The notes under the pieces are model-generated. The model was not told where the DNA came from. It saw only the letters and a list, made by a program, of their open reading frames with translations, and ran no database searches. The position numbers and the translations under genes were made by a program. Below, in pieces: positions 20,680-34,577 of a DNA stretch of 64,000 nt. The DNA comes from Gemmatimonadales bacterium (lineage in GTDB: Bacteria > Gemmatimonadota > Gemmatimonadetes > Gemmatimonadales > GWC2-71-9): assembly GCA_035712285.1 (NCBI GenBank), contig DASTBA010000044.1, positions 1,954-65,953 of the forward strand, given 5' to 3'. Numbering within the stretch: the first letter of the stretch is position 1; each line of letters opens with the position of its first letter.

Positions 20680-21795
20680 GTGAACGTTCCGCTGCTCGAC
20701 CTGACGGCCCAGCATCGCGCCATCGCGCCGGAAGTGATGGCGGCGGCGGAGGCCGTGATCCAGCGCCAGGCGTTCATCATGGGTCCGGAAGTGGGTCAGC
20801 TGGAGCAGGCCATCGCCGGGCTCTCCCATGTGCAGCATGCGGTGGCGTGTGCCAGCGGCACCGACGCCCTGTTGCTGCCGCTCAAGGCACTGGATCTGGC
20901 GCCGGGGGACGAGGTGATCGTCCCGTCCTTCACCTTCTTCGCGACGGCCGGTGCGGTGCACAATGCCGGCGGCACGCCGGTATTCGTGGACATCGACCCC
21001 GGCACCTTCAACCTCGTGCCGGCAGCAGTCGAGGCGGCCATCACGCCCCGCACCCGGGCGGTGATCGCGGTACATCTCTACGGCCAGATGGCGGACGTCG
21101 GGGCGCTCAGGCAGCTGGCGGACCGGCATGGCATCGCGCTGATCGAGGATGCCGCCCAGGCCATCGGGGCCCGGCGCCTGGTGGAGGGGACCTGGCGCAT
21201 GGCCGGGGAGCTGGGGCACGCCGGTACCCTGTCCTTCTTTCCCAGCAAGAATCTCGGCGGCTGGGGTGACGGTGGCATGATCCTCACCCAGGACGCCGCG
21301 CTCGCGGCACGTCTGGGCCGGCTCCGGCTGCACGGCGGGGCCAAGCAGTACCATCACGACGAGGTGGGGTTCAACAGTCGCCTCGACACACTCCAGGCGG
21401 CCATCCTGCTGGTGAAGCTCCGGTACCTGGCGGGCTGGAGCGCGGCCCGGCGGGACCGGGCTGCGCGATACGACGAGCTGCTGGCCGGTCTCGGTGCCGT
21501 GCGGACGCCGGTGGTGGATGGATGTGCCGAGCACATCTTCCATCAATACACGATCCGGGCGGAGCGACGCGACGAGCTCGTGGCGCATCTTCGGGCCGGC
21601 GGCATCGGCTGCGCGGTGTACTATCCGGTCGGCCTCCACCTCCAGCCCTGCTTCCGCGACCTGGGCTATGCGGCCGGCAGCCTGCCCGAGACGGAGCGTG
21701 CCATGCGGGACGTCGTGTCGCTGCCGGTCTTCCCGGAGCTGACGGACGCGCAGCAGGACGCCGTCGTCCGCGCGATCCGCGCGTTCTATCAGTGA
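20680..21795 (+). CDS. DegT/DnrJ/EryC1 PLP-dependent sugar aminotransferase, WbpE-like
   Basis: VNVPLLDLTAQHRAI...FIMGPEV..LE...A..GTDAL...SFFPSKNLGGWGDGG (PLP lysine region). The track ORF begins at TTG 20614. I prefer the GTG at 20680 because of the family-typical N-terminus. Confidence 0.85.
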   Translation: MNVPLLDLTAQHRAIAPEVMAAAEAVIQRQAFIMGPEVGQLEQAIAGLSHVQHAVACASGTDALLLPLKALDLAPGDEVIVPSFTFFATAGAVHNAGGTPVFVDIDPGTFNLVPAAVEAAITPRTRAVIAVHLYGQMADVGALRQLADRHGIALIEDAAQAIGARRLVEGTWRMAGELGHAGTLSFFPSKNLGGWGDGGMILTQDAALAARLGRLRLHGGAKQYHHDEVGFNSRLDTLQAAILLVKLRYLAGWSAARRDRAARYDELLAGLGAVRTPVVDGCAEHIFHQYTIRAERRDELVAHLRAGGIGCAVYYPVGLHLQPCFRDLGYAAGSLPETERAMRDVVSLPVFPELTDAQQDAVVRAIRAFYQ

Positions 21796-21820
21796 ACTCC
21801 AGCCGCGAGGCCGTGCGCTG

Positions 21821-22882
21821 ATGTTCGTCACCAAGCCGTCCATCACGGACCGCCGGATCCGCTTTGCCCTCGTCGGGTGCGGCCGGATCTCCGCCAACCA
21901 TTTCGAGGCCCTGGCGAAGCATGCGGAGCATGCCGAGCTGGTGGGCGTGTGCGACATCGACCCGGCGGCGCTTGCCCGGGCGGCGGAGCGGACCGGCGCC
22001 CGGCCGTTCGATTCGCTGGACGCGCTGCTGGCGGGGTGTGACGCCGACGCCGTGGTGCTCGCCACGCCGAGCGGGCTGCATTCGGCGCAGGCCATCCGGT
22101 GCGCCGCCGCCGGGCGTCATGTCGTCACCGAGAAGCCGATGGCCACCCGCTGGCAGGACGGCAAGCGGATGGTGGAGGCCTGTGACCGCGCCGGGGTGCG
22201 TCTGTTCGTCGTGAAGCAGAACCGCCGGAACGCGACGCTCCAGCTGGTGCGGCGGGCGGTCCAGGCGCAGCGGTTCGGGCGGATCTTCATGGTGAACGTG
22301 AACGTGTTCTGGTCCCGCCCGCAGGAGTATTACGACAGCGCGCCCTGGCGGGGCACGTGGGAGTTCGACGGCGGGGCCTTCATGAACCAGGCGAGCCACT
22401 ACGTGGACCTGCTCGACTGGCTGATCGGCCCGGTGGAGAGCGTGCAGGCCTACACCGCCACGCTGGCGCGGCACATCCAGGTGGAGGACACCGGGGTCGT
22501 GTCCATCCGGTGGCGCACCGGGGCCCTGGGCTCGATGAACGTCACGATGCTGACTTACCCGCGGAATCTCGAGGGGTCCATCACCATCATCGGCGAGCGG
22601 GGCACCGTGAAGGTCGGCGGCGTGGCCGTGAACCGGATCGACCACTGGGAGTTTGCCGACCGCCAGCCGGAGGACGAGCAGGTGGCCCGGGCGAACTACG
22701 AGACGACGTCCGTGTACGGCTTCGGCCACCCGGCCTACTACGAGAACGTGATCCGGACGCTCCGGGGCGAGGCGCTGCCGGAGACTGACGGTCGCGAGGG
22801 GCTCAATTCCCTCGAGATCCTGATAGCCACCTACCTCTCGGCTCGCGACGGCAAGCGCGTGGCCCTGCCCCTGGAGTACTGA
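21821..22882 (+). CDS. Gfo/Idh/MocA NAD-dependent oxidoreductase, WbpB-like
   Basis: IRFALVGCGRISANHFEAL Rossmann N-terminus and EKPMA. It lies between the aminotransferase and the UDP-sugar dehydrogenase. Confidence 0.8.
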   Translation: MFVTKPSITDRRIRFALVGCGRISANHFEALAKHAEHAELVGVCDIDPAALARAAERTGARPFDSLDALLAGCDADAVVLATPSGLHSAQAIRCAAAGRHVVTEKPMATRWQDGKRMVEACDRAGVRLFVVKQNRRNATLQLVRRAVQAQRFGRIFMVNVNVFWSRPQEYYDSAPWRGTWEFDGGAFMNQASHYVDLLDWLIGPVESVQAYTATLARHIQVEDTGVVSIRWRTGALGSMNVTMLTYPRNLEGSITIIGERGTVKVGGVAVNRIDHWEFADRQPEDEQVARANYETTSVYGFGHPAYYENVIRTLRGEALPETDGREGLNSLEILIATYLSARDGKRVALPLEY

Positions 22883-22886
22883 TTCG

Positions 22887-24170
22887 ATGACGATTGCAGA
22901 GGACCTGATCGGGAAGGCCGAACGGCGTGAGGCGCTGTTCGGCATCATCGGCCTGGGCTACGTCGGGCTTCCCCTGGCGGTGGAACTGGCGCGGGCCGGC
23001 TACCGGGTGCTGGGCTACGACATCAGCCCGCGGGTGGTGGCGGGACTGAATGCCGGCACCTCGCACATCAAGGACGTCGCCGACCAGGACCTCAAGGAGA
23101 TCCTGGCGGCCGGCCGCTTCGAGGCCACCACGGACGCGAGCCGTCTCGCGGAGCCGGATGCCATCTCCATCTGCGTCCCGACGCCGCTGTCGAAGTACAA
23201 GGATCCGGACGTGAGCTTCATCGTCGCGGCGACGGACGCCGTGAAGAAAACGCTCCGGCGGGGGCAGGCCGTGATCCTGGAAAGCACGACGTATCCCGGT
23301 ACCACCCGCGAGATCATGCTGCCCGCGCTCGAAGGCACGGGACTCAAGGTCGGGACCGACTTCTTTCTCGCCTTCAGTCCGGAGCGCGTGGATCCGGGCA
23401 ATCCGGTCTATCACACGCGGAACACGCCCAAGGTGGTGGGTGGCATCACGCCGGCCTGTCGCGACGTCTGCTGCGCGCTGTACCAGCCGGCGATCGACGC
23501 GCTCGTGCCGGTCTCCTCGACCGAGGCGGCGGAGCTGGTGAAGCTGCTCGAGAATACCTTCCGGAGCGTCAACATCGGCCTGGTGAACGAGATGGCCATC
23601 GTCTGCGACAAGCTGGGCGTGGACGTGTGGGAGGTGATCGATGCCGCCGCAACCAAGCCCTTCGGGTTCATGAAGTTCACGCCGGGGCCGGGGCTGGGCG
23701 GGCACTGCATCCCGATCGATCCGCATTACCTCGCGTGGAAGATGCGCGGGCTCAACTACAAGACCCGCTTCATCGACATCGCCGGCGAGGTGAACTCGGA
23801 GATGCCGCTGTTCTGGGTGCGGAAGACAATCGACACCCTGAACATGAACGGCAAGGCGATGCGTGACGCGCGCGTCCTGATCGTCGGCGTCGCGTACAAG
23901 AAGGACATCGACGACCTGCGCGAGAGCCCCGCGCTCGACATCATCCGGCTGCTGGAACAGTATGGCGCGACGGTGTCGTACCACGACCCGTACGTCCCGG
24001 CGCTGGAGGAGGACGGGCATCAGTACGCGTCCGTGCCGCTGGACCCCGCGGCGCTGCGGGCGGCCGACTGCGTGCTCATCGTGACCGATCACTCGAGCAT
24101 CGACTACGGGCTCATCCGCCAGCACGCCCCGCTCGTGGTGGACACCCGGCACGCGCTGGCGCGGCGGTAG
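22887..24170 (+). CDS. UDP-N-acetyl-D-glucosamine (or ManNAc) 6-dehydrogenase, WbpA/WecC-like
   Basis: GIIGLGYVGLPLAVELA and PGPGLGGHCIPIDP place it in the nucleotide-sugar dehydrogenase family. Confidence 0.8.
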   Translation: MTIAEDLIGKAERREALFGIIGLGYVGLPLAVELARAGYRVLGYDISPRVVAGLNAGTSHIKDVADQDLKEILAAGRFEATTDASRLAEPDAISICVPTPLSKYKDPDVSFIVAATDAVKKTLRRGQAVILESTTYPGTTREIMLPALEGTGLKVGTDFFLAFSPERVDPGNPVYHTRNTPKVVGGITPACRDVCCALYQPAIDALVPVSSTEAAELVKLLENTFRSVNIGLVNEMAIVCDKLGVDVWEVIDAAATKPFGFMKFTPGPGLGGHCIPIDPHYLAWKMRGLNYKTRFIDIAGEVNSEMPLFWVRKTIDTLNMNGKAMRDARVLIVGVAYKKDIDDLRESPALDIIRLLEQYGATVSYHDPYVPALEEDGHQYASVPLDPAALRAADCVLIVTDHSSIDYGLIRQHAPLVVDTRHALARR

Positions 24171-25489
24171 TGCGGCTCGCGGTCATCGGCAGCGGGTACG
24201 TCGGTCTCGTGGCCGGTGCCTGTTTCGCGGAGACGGGCAACGAGGTGGTCTGCGTGGAACGGGACGCCGGGCGGGTCGGCCGGCTCAGGACCGGCGACAT
24301 GCCGCTCTTCGAGCCCGGACTCGAGCCGCTGCTGCGCCGGAACCAGGCCGAGGGGCGGCTGCGCTTCACGACCGACCTGCGGGAGGCGGTGACGCACGCG
24401 TCGCTGCTCTTCATCGCCGTCGGGACCCCGGCGGCGGACGACGGTGGGGCGGACATCTCCCTGGTGCTGGAGGTGGCGGAGGCGATCGCCCGGCTCGCCA
24501 CCAGGCCGGTGACGCTGGTGCTCAAGTCCACGGTGCCGGTCGGGACGGCGGCCCGGGTCGCCGCCGCCGTGGCCCGCGTGACGCCGGTGCCGGTGGCGGT
24601 GGCGTCGAATCCGGAGTTCCTCAAGGAAGGCGCCGCGGTGGATGACTTCATGCATCCCGACCGCGTGATCGTCGGCACCGACAGCGAAGCGGTGCGCAGC
24701 CTGCTGGGCGAGCTGTATGCGCCGTACACCCGCCGGGGCGGGGACCGGATCCTGTTCATGGACAGCGCCTCTGCGGAGCTCACCAAGTATGCCGCCAACG
24801 CGATGCTGGCCACGCGGGTGTCGTTCATGAACCAGATGGCGGTGCTCTGCGAGGCGGTCGGCGCCGACGTGGCCCTGGTCCGGAACGGCATCGGTTCGGA
24901 CCGTCGCATCGGGCGGGCGTTTCTCTATCCCGGCCCGGGGTTCGGCGGATCCTGCTTCCCCAAGGACCTGCGAGCGCTCCGCCGCATGGGGGAGATGCAA
25001 GGCGTCTCGCTGGACCTCGTGGCGGCCGTGGAAGCGGTCAACCATCGCCAGCGGGAGCTGATCTTCCGGAAGGTCGAGCAGGCGGCCGGCGGCGTCCGGG
25101 GCCGGACGGTGGCGATCTGGGGACTCGCGTTCAAGGCGGAGACCGATGACATCCGGGAAAGCCCGGCGATCATCCTGGCGGAGCGGTTGCTCGAGGGCGG
25201 GGCGGTGGTGCAGGCGCACGATCCGGAGGCGATGCCCGCGGCGGAGCGCCACTTCGGAAACCGGATCCGCCTCGCACCCGAGCCCTATGCCGCATTGGCG
25301 GGAGCCGACGTGCTTGTCGTGATGACCGAATGGCTGGTCTACCGCACGCCCGACTTCAGCCGGATTGCGAGCCTGCTGCGGCATCCGGCCCTGGTGGATG
25401 GCCGGAATCTGTACGACCCGCTGCGGGTACGGGCGGCGGGACTGACCTATGACGGTGTGGGGCGGCAGGCCACGCCGCCGCCAGCGTAA
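24170..25489 (+). CDS. ugd: UDP-glucose 6-dehydrogenase
   Basis: LAVIGSGYVGLVAGACFAETGNEV, GPGFGGSCFPKDL and GLAFKAETDDIRESPA. The GTG start shares 1 nt with the upstream TAG stop. Confidence 0.9.
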   Translation: MRLAVIGSGYVGLVAGACFAETGNEVVCVERDAGRVGRLRTGDMPLFEPGLEPLLRRNQAEGRLRFTTDLREAVTHASLLFIAVGTPAADDGGADISLVLEVAEAIARLATRPVTLVLKSTVPVGTAARVAAAVARVTPVPVAVASNPEFLKEGAAVDDFMHPDRVIVGTDSEAVRSLLGELYAPYTRRGGDRILFMDSASAELTKYAANAMLATRVSFMNQMAVLCEAVGADVALVRNGIGSDRRIGRAFLYPGPGFGGSCFPKDLRALRRMGEMQGVSLDLVAAVEAVNHRQRELIFRKVEQAAGGVRGRTVAIWGLAFKAETDDIRESPAIILAERLLEGGAVVQAHDPEAMPAAERHFGNRIRLAPEPYAALAGADVLVVMTEWLVYRTPDFSRIASLLRHPALVDGRNLYDPLRVRAAGLTYDGVGRQATPPPA

Positions 25490-25498
25490 GGGGCGAAC

Positions 25499-26203
25499 AT
25501 GCAGCCAAGCACTGACCAGCTGATGATGCGGGCGCGCGAGCGGTTTGTGCTCCAGGACTATCACGGCGCCGTGTACCTGCTGGAGGAGATCACCTCCCAG
25601 GGGAATGCATTTGCCGATGCGCACCACCTGCTCGGCGTGTCGCTGTCCCTCCTGGGCCACACCGAGCGCGCCCTGGAGGAGTTTGACCGTGCCCTGGCGC
25701 TGAATCCGCGCTATCTCGAAGCGCTGATTCACCGCGGATTGCTCCTGAACCAGCTCGGACTGTCGCGCGAGGCGGAGGAGTGCTTCCGGCGGGCGTCGCT
25801 GGCGGACACCGGCAATGTGCGCGGCTTCGCCGCGCCGGTCGCCGCGCAGCTGGCGAACCGCCACGCCGAGCTGGCCCACGCCTATGCCGAGGTGGGCGCC
25901 CTCGACCTGGCCGCCGAGCAGTACCGCCGTGCGCTGGAACTGGGGCCGACGTTCCACGACTTGCGGTATCGCCTGGCCCGGGTGCTGCTGGAATCCGGCC
26001 GGGCGCTGGAGGCGCGGGAGGAACTGGAGCAGGTGGTCGCGGCACGGCCGGCGTTCCTGGATGCCGGTGCGGCACTGGGGCTCGCGCGTTATCTGTCCGG
26101 GGACGCCGACGGTGCGCGCGAAGTATGGGAAAACCTGCTCTCGCACCGGCCGGACAATCCCCGGGTGCAGGCCTATCTCCACATGGTGGGGCGGCCCGAG
26201 TGA
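25499..26203 (+). CDS. TPR repeat protein
   Basis: 234 aa with several 34-residue TPR units (AHHLLGVSLSLLGHTERALEEFDRALALNPRYLEA...). Confidence 0.7.
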   Translation: MQPSTDQLMMRARERFVLQDYHGAVYLLEEITSQGNAFADAHHLLGVSLSLLGHTERALEEFDRALALNPRYLEALIHRGLLLNQLGLSREAEECFRRASLADTGNVRGFAAPVAAQLANRHAELAHAYAEVGALDLAAEQYRRALELGPTFHDLRYRLARVLLESGRALEAREELEQVVAARPAFLDAGAALGLARYLSGDADGAREVWENLLSHRPDNPRVQAYLHMVGRPE

Positions 26204-27111
26204 GGACCGCGCTGCTGGCCGGGATGCTGATCTGCGCCGGTTGCACCAGGGGCGGGCATCGCGAGCGCGACGGCGATCGTCTCTACTTGCGCGGGAACTA
26301 CGGGGCAGCGCTCCGGACGTATAGTGCGCTCGCGGCGGCGCACGGCGCACCGCAGCTCTGGGCCAAGACGGCTGCGGCGGCGCTGCATGCCGGTCGCCTG
26401 GATACGGCCGTGACCGCGCTCGTTGCCTTGGCGGACGCGGACTCGTCCCGGCGCACCGAAGCGGGCGACGGCCTGGCCGAGGTGGCACGGCGTGCCGCCC
26501 GGGATCATCGTCCCGGAACGCTGGCGGCCGCCGTGAGCGGCTTGCTCCGGGTCGCGCCGTCGTGGCGGGTCACCAGCTTCGCCTATGCCCTGGTGCAGGA
26601 TGGGTCGCTCAGCCCGGCGATGGAAGCGAGGATGCTGCCGCTGGCGCTCGCCGGAGCGCCGGATGCCGGAACCTTCGACTCGCTGCTGCTCCGGTATGGT
26701 GCGCTGCTGGCGAGCCACGGCGCGTGCGCGGACGCGGCGTACGCCTACCGCGGGGTGGCGCGCCGCACGCCGGATCCGCTGCTCAAGGATTCGGCCAGCG
26801 CCGGCTATGCCACCTGCGCGCTCCGGCTCGGCGTGACCGCATTCGACTCGAACGACGTGATCGGGGCGGACCGGTGGTTCGGCCGGGCGGCGCGCGCGGA
26901 CAGCGGAAACTGGACCGGCCGCCGGGCGCTGATCGGCCTGGGCGATGCGCGCCTCCGCCAGGGGGACCCGATCGCCGCGGCGATCGCCTGGCAGCGGGTG
27001 GCCGGCATGAGCGGCGGAGCCGATTCTCTGGGACAGGTGGCACGGGCGCGCCTTCGCGCGCTCGCCCCTGCAGCTACAATGCGTGACAGCTCCAGGACGG
27101 GAGTACCATGA
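26200..27111 (+). CDS. Lipoprotein, helical repeat, unknown function
   Basis: The GTG in a GTGA overlap gives the lipobox VRTALLAGMLICAGC. The body is Ala/Leu/Arg-rich and TPR-like. The track ORF 25780..27111 is an over-extension. Confidence 0.55.
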   Translation: MRTALLAGMLICAGCTRGGHRERDGDRLYLRGNYGAALRTYSALAAAHGAPQLWAKTAAAALHAGRLDTAVTALVALADADSSRRTEAGDGLAEVARRAARDHRPGTLAAAVSGLLRVAPSWRVTSFAYALVQDGSLSPAMEARMLPLALAGAPDAGTFDSLLLRYGALLASHGACADAAYAYRGVARRTPDPLLKDSASAGYATCALRLGVTAFDSNDVIGADRWFGRAARADSGNWTGRRALIGLGDARLRQGDPIAAAIAWQRVAGMSGGADSLGQVARARLRALAPAATMRDSSRTGVP

Positions 27112-27887
27112 CGGTTCGCCGCTTCTTGCCCCTGTTGCTGCTGTCCGGTGCGTGCAGTTCCGCCACCGGGCGGGGCGCCGTCACGACTCCCGCCGGCGGT
27201 TCCGACGCCCTCAATACCACGCAGCTGGACTCGCTCTGGAGCCAGGCGAATGCCGCCTACCAGGCCGGCAAGTGGCGGAAGGCCATCGAGGAAGTGGAGC
27301 GCTTCAACCTGGAGGCGCCGCGGGACGATGCGCGCCGGGTGGAGGCGCACTACCTGCTTGGCGAGGCGCACCTGGCGGGCCACCAGCGGCTGGAGGCGGC
27401 GCGGGAGTTCCGGCGGGTGAGCGACGAGACGCCCACCCACAAGCTGGCGCCCGAGGCGCTGCTGCACGTGGGCGATGCCTATGCCGAGCTCTGGCGCCGG
27501 CCGGAACTGGACCCGACCTACGGCCAGACGGCGCTGTCCACCTATCAGGAACTGGTCAACCGCTATCCCGATTCCGACGCGGCGACCCAGGCCAAGGCGC
27601 GCATTGACGACCTGAACGACAAGTTCGCCCTCAAGGAGTACAAGGCGGCGAGGTACTACCTCCGCTTCAAGGCGTGGGACTCCGCCGTCATCTACCTGCG
27701 GGATGTGCTGGCGACGTATCCCCGCGCCCAAGTGGCGCCCCAGGCGCTCGTGGACCTGATCGCCACCTACCGGACGCTGGGGTACGTGGAGGATGCCGAG
27801 CAGACCTGCGGGTACCTGCGCCGCTTCCACCCGGGCGCGGCCGGCACCGACCGCGTCTGTCCCACGAAGTCCCCGCAGGGACCCTGA
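27108..27887 (+). CDS. bamD: Outer membrane protein assembly factor BamD (YfiO)
   Basis: Lipobox LLLLSGACSS. The TPR-like body has YLLGEAH, Y.ELV.RYPDS and the KEYKAARYYLRFKAWDSA pattern typical of BamD. Confidence 0.8.
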   Translation: MTVRRFLPLLLLSGACSSATGRGAVTTPAGGSDALNTTQLDSLWSQANAAYQAGKWRKAIEEVERFNLEAPRDDARRVEAHYLLGEAHLAGHQRLEAAREFRRVSDETPTHKLAPEALLHVGDAYAELWRRPELDPTYGQTALSTYQELVNRYPDSDAATQAKARIDDLNDKFALKEYKAARYYLRFKAWDSAVIYLRDVLATYPRAQVAPQALVDLIATYRTLGYVEDAEQTCGYLRRFHPGAAGTDRVCPTKSPQGP

Positions 27888-28464
27888 TGCCCATCGGCCT
27901 GTTCGGGGGATCGTTCGATCCCATCCACCATGGCCACCTCATCGTCGCGCGCTCGGCGCTGGAACAGCTCGGACTGGACGAAGTCCGGTTTGTTCCGGCA
28001 CGGGAGCAGCCGTTCAAGGTGGGCACCCACGGTGCCGCGGCCTCGCACCGCGCACGCATGGTGGAACTGGCGATCGAAGGCGAGCCGGGATTCCGGCTCG
28101 AGCGCACGGAACTGGAGCGGTCCGGTCCCTCGTTTACCGTGGATACCTTGCGGGCGCTGCACGCACGCGAGCCCGGCGTCGAATGGACGCTGCTGCTCGG
28201 TGAGGACACCGTCCGGGATCTGCCCAAGTGGCGGGAGCCCGAAGCGGTGGCGCAGCTGGCCCGTATCGCGGTCTTCGCCCGGCCCGGCACGCCGGCCCCG
28301 GCTCCGATGGAGCCGGCCTGGCGCCGGATTCGGGTGCCGCTGGTGGAGATCTCCGCCACCGAGGTGCGGCGCCGGGTGCGCGAGGGCCATTCGATTCGTT
28401 ACTGGGTTCCGGACGCCGTGGCGGCCTACGTCACGGCCAACGGGCTCTATCGGGATGACGGCAC

Positions 28465-28468
<4 letters not shown>
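27887..28468 (+). CDS. nadD: Nicotinate-nucleotide adenylyltransferase
   Basis: [16 protein letters not shown] (HxGH motif) and ISATEVRRR (ISSTxxR-like). The ATG overlaps the bamD TGA by 1 nt. Confidence 0.9.
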
Positions 28469-31575
<3,107 letters not shown>

Positions 31576-31637
31576 CCGCCTCTTACCAGAATCCTCGTTC
31601 GGGATGAAATTGCAGGGTCACCCGACACCAGGGCACG

Positions 31638-34577
31638 ATGTCCCCACGAACGAAGCGCCGCTCGGCGGGCCGGACCCCGGCTCGCAAGCGGCGCGGCACC
31701 CTTGCGCAGCGCCAGTCGGCGCTGCTGCGACTCTCCGCCGAAGTGGCGGCGGCGTATGACGAGGCGGAAGTCTGCGAGCGGGTCGTGCGTGGCCTTCGCG
31801 ACGAGGCCCTCGGCTACGATTTCCTCGGCATGTTCCTGCTCGACGAGCAGGGCGACCGGGTGCTCAAGGCCAGCGCCGGCTGGCCGGATGCTCCCGCCGG
31901 CTGGCGGGTCCGTCCCGGCGAGGGGCTGAGCGACCGCGCCATCCGGGACGGGCAGCTGCATTACACGCCGCAGGTCCGGGCCGAACGCAGCTATCTCCCC
32001 AGTCTCAACTCGGGCTCCGAAGTCGACGTCCCGCTGCGCGTGGACGACCAGACCGTCGGCGTGCTGGTGGTGGAAAGCGCCGATCCCGAGGCCTTCACGC
32101 CGGCCGACTTCAAGGTGCTCTCCGCCGTGGCGGACTTCGCGAGCCTTGCCATCGGACGGGCGCGCCTGCTGGTCAGCGCCCGCCGCCGCGCCGACGAACA
32201 GCAGGCCCTGCTCGATACCATGGCCGACCTCTCGGGCCAGCTGGAACTCAGCAAGCTGCTCCACGCGGTGCTGGGGCGCGCGGTGGCCCTGCTGGGCGTG
32301 ACCGGCGGGGAACTCGCCATCTTCGAGGAGGCCACCGAGGAACTGGTGGTCGTCGCGAGCGAGGGCATCTCGCGGGACTCCACCGGCACCCGCCTCAGGC
32401 TGGGCGAAGGCGCCATGGGGAAAGTTGCGGTGTCCCACGAGCCGCTCATCATCCCGAATTACGATCGCTGGGCCGGGCGTTCCGCCAAGTACTCCGACGT
32501 ACGGGACACGGTGCAGGCGGTCATGGTGGCGCCCTTGCTGATCGGCACCCGGCTGGTGGGCGCCATTGCCAGCACCCACGCTGATCCCACCCGCCACTTC
32601 GGCGCCGACGATCTCCGGCTGCTGCAGCTGTTCGCCCCGCAGGCCGCCATCGCCATCGAGAACGCCCGGCTCTACACCTCGGCGCAGCGCCAGAAGGAGT
32701 ACTTCGAGGCGGTGGTGCTCAACAGCCCGGTGGCGATCGTGACCCTCGAGCTGGACGGGCGCATCACCTCGCTCAACCCGGCCTTCGAGCGGCTGTTCGG
32801 GTACGCGCGGGAGGAAGCGCTGGGCCGGGACCTGGACAGCCTCATCAACGACGAGCAGACCCTGGCCGAGGCCAACCAGTACACCACGCTCGCGACCCAC
32901 CACACCGCCAAGGGCATCGGCCGCCGCCGCCGGAAGGACGGGACAGTGCTCGACGTGGAACTCGCCGGCGTGCCGGTGAGCGTCGAGGGACGGAATGTCG
33001 GGATCATGGCCCTGTATCACGATGTCACCGACCTGCTCAAGGCCAAGTCTGAGGCCGAGTCGGCCAACCAGGCCAAGAGCCGGTTCCTGGCCAACATGAG
33101 CCACGAGCTCCGGACCCCGCTCAACGCGATCATCGGTTACAGCGAGATGCTGAAGGAGGACGCCGAGGAGTCCGGCGACGAGACGACGGTGGCGGACCTG
33201 GACAAGATCCGGTCGTCGGGCAAGCACCTGCTCGCGCTCATCAACGATGTGCTCGATCTCTCGAAGATCGAGGCCGGCAAGATGGAGCTGTACTTCGAGA
33301 CCTTCGACGTCCGGACCCTGGTGGACGACGTGGCCATGACGGTGCGGCCCCTGATGGCGCAGAACGCCAACACCCTCGAGGTGGAATGCGCAGCCGGCGT
33401 CGGGCTGCTCCGGGCGGACCTTACCAAGGTGCGCCAGATGCTCCTCAACCTGCTCTCGAACGCGAGCAAGTTCACCGAGCACGGGGTGGTGCGCCTCGGG
33501 GTGCACCGGCGCACCGGGGCAGGGGGGACCCAGCTGGAGTTCAGCGTGACCGACTCGGGAATCGGGATGACGCCGGAGCAGGTGGGGCGGCTGTTCGAGG
33601 CGTTCTCGCAGGCCGAGGCCTCCACCACCCGCAAGTACGGCGGCACCGGCCTCGGCCTCGCCATCACGCGCAAGTTCTGCGAGATGATGGGCGGGACGGT
33701 GGAGGTCCGGAGCGAGCCCGGCGTGGGCTCGACCTTCACGGTGCGGCTGCCCGACAACACCGAGCGCGGGGCGGACGCCGGCGCGCCCCAGGAGCCCGCC
33801 ACCGTCGCGCGCACCGCGGCGACCCGGGTGCTCGTCGTGGATGACGAGGAATCGGTGCGCACCCTCATGCGACGGTTCCTGGCGCGGGAGGGCTACGACG
33901 TCGAGGAAGCGAGCACCGGCCCGGAGGGCCTGCGGAAGGCGCGCGAGCGCCGGCCCGATGCGATCACGCTGGACGTGATGATGCCGGGCATGGACGGCTG
34001 GGAGGTCCTGGCCGCGCTCAAGGCGGACCCGGAGCTGGCAGAGATCCCGGTGGTGATGCTGACGGTGGTGGGCGACCGGAAGCTGGGCTATGCCCTCGGC
34101 GCATCCGAGTTCGTCACCAAGCCGATCGACCGGGAACTGCTGCGGCGGGTGCTGGCGCGCTACCGGACTGGCGCCTCGAGCGGCCCGGTGCTGGTGGTGG
34201 AGGACGACCCCGCCACGGCGGAACTGCTCCGGCGCACCCTCGAGGGCGAAGGCTGGCGGGTGGTGCTGGCGCCGAACGGACGCGCGGGACTGGAGCGCTT
34301 CGACGCCGAGCCGCCGGCCCTGGTCCTGCTGGACCTCATGATGCCGGAGATGGACGGGTTCACCTTCATCGAGACCGTGCGCGCGGCGCCGCGGGAGAGC
34401 CGGGTGCCGATCGTGGTGGTCACGGCGCGGGACCTGAGCGCCGAGGATCACCAGCGCCTCAACGGGCACGTGGCCGCGGTGCTGCACAAGGGCGGGTACT
34501 CCCGCGACGAACTGCTGTCGGAAGTGGCGTCGCGACTCGGTACGCGGCTCGGCGTGCCGCGGAAGGGGGAGGGCTGA
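31638..34577 (+). CDS. Hybrid sensor histidine kinase: GAF-GAF-PAS-HisKA-HATPase_c-REC-REC
   Basis: H-box [20 protein letters not shown] boxes ([24 protein letters not shown]), and two receivers (VLVVDDEE...[10 protein letters not shown]; VLVVEDDP...[10 protein letters not shown]). Confidence 0.92.
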   Translation: MSPRTKRRSAGRTPARKRRGTLAQRQSALLRLSAEVAAAYDEAEVCERVVRGLRDEALGYDFLGMFLLDEQGDRVLKASAGWPDAPAGWRVRPGEGLSDRAIRDGQLHYTPQVRAERSYLPSLNSGSEVDVPLRVDDQTVGVLVVESADPEAFTPADFKVLSAVADFASLAIGRARLLVSARRRADEQQALLDTMADLSGQLELSKLLHAVLGRAVALLGVTGGELAIFEEATEELVVVASEGISRDSTGTRLRLGEGAMGKVAVSHEPLIIPNYDRWAGRSAKYSDVRDTVQAVMVAPLLIGTRLVGAIASTHADPTRHFGADDLRLLQLFAPQAAIAIENARLYTSAQRQKEYFEAVVLNSPVAIVTLELDGRITSLNPAFERLFGYAREEALGRDLDSLINDEQTLAEANQYTTLATHHTAKGIGRRRRKDGTVLDVELAGVPVSVEGRNVGIMALYHDVTDLLKAKSEAESANQAKSRFLANMSHELRTPLNAIIGYSEMLKEDAEESGDETTVADLDKIRSSGKHLLALINDVLDLSKIEAGKMELYFETFDVRTLVDDVAMTVRPLMAQNANTLEVECAAGVGLLRADLTKVRQMLLNLLSNASKFTEHGVVRLGVHRRTGAGGTQLEFSVTDSGIGMTPEQVGRLFEAFSQAEASTTRKYGGTGLGLAITRKFCEMMGGTVEVRSEPGVGSTFTVRLPDNTERGADAGAPQEPATVARTAATRVLVVDDEESVRTLMRRFLAREGYDVEEASTGPEGLRKARERRPDAITLDVMMPGMDGWEVLAALKADPELAEIPVVMLTVVGDRKLGYALGASEFVTKPIDRELLRRVLARYRTGASSGPVLVVEDDPATAELLRRTLEGEGWRVVLAPNGRAGLERFDAEPPALVLLDLMMPEMDGFTFIETVRAAPRESRVPIVVVTARDLSAEDHQRLNGHVAAVLHKGGYSRDELLSEVASRLGTRLGVPRKGEG

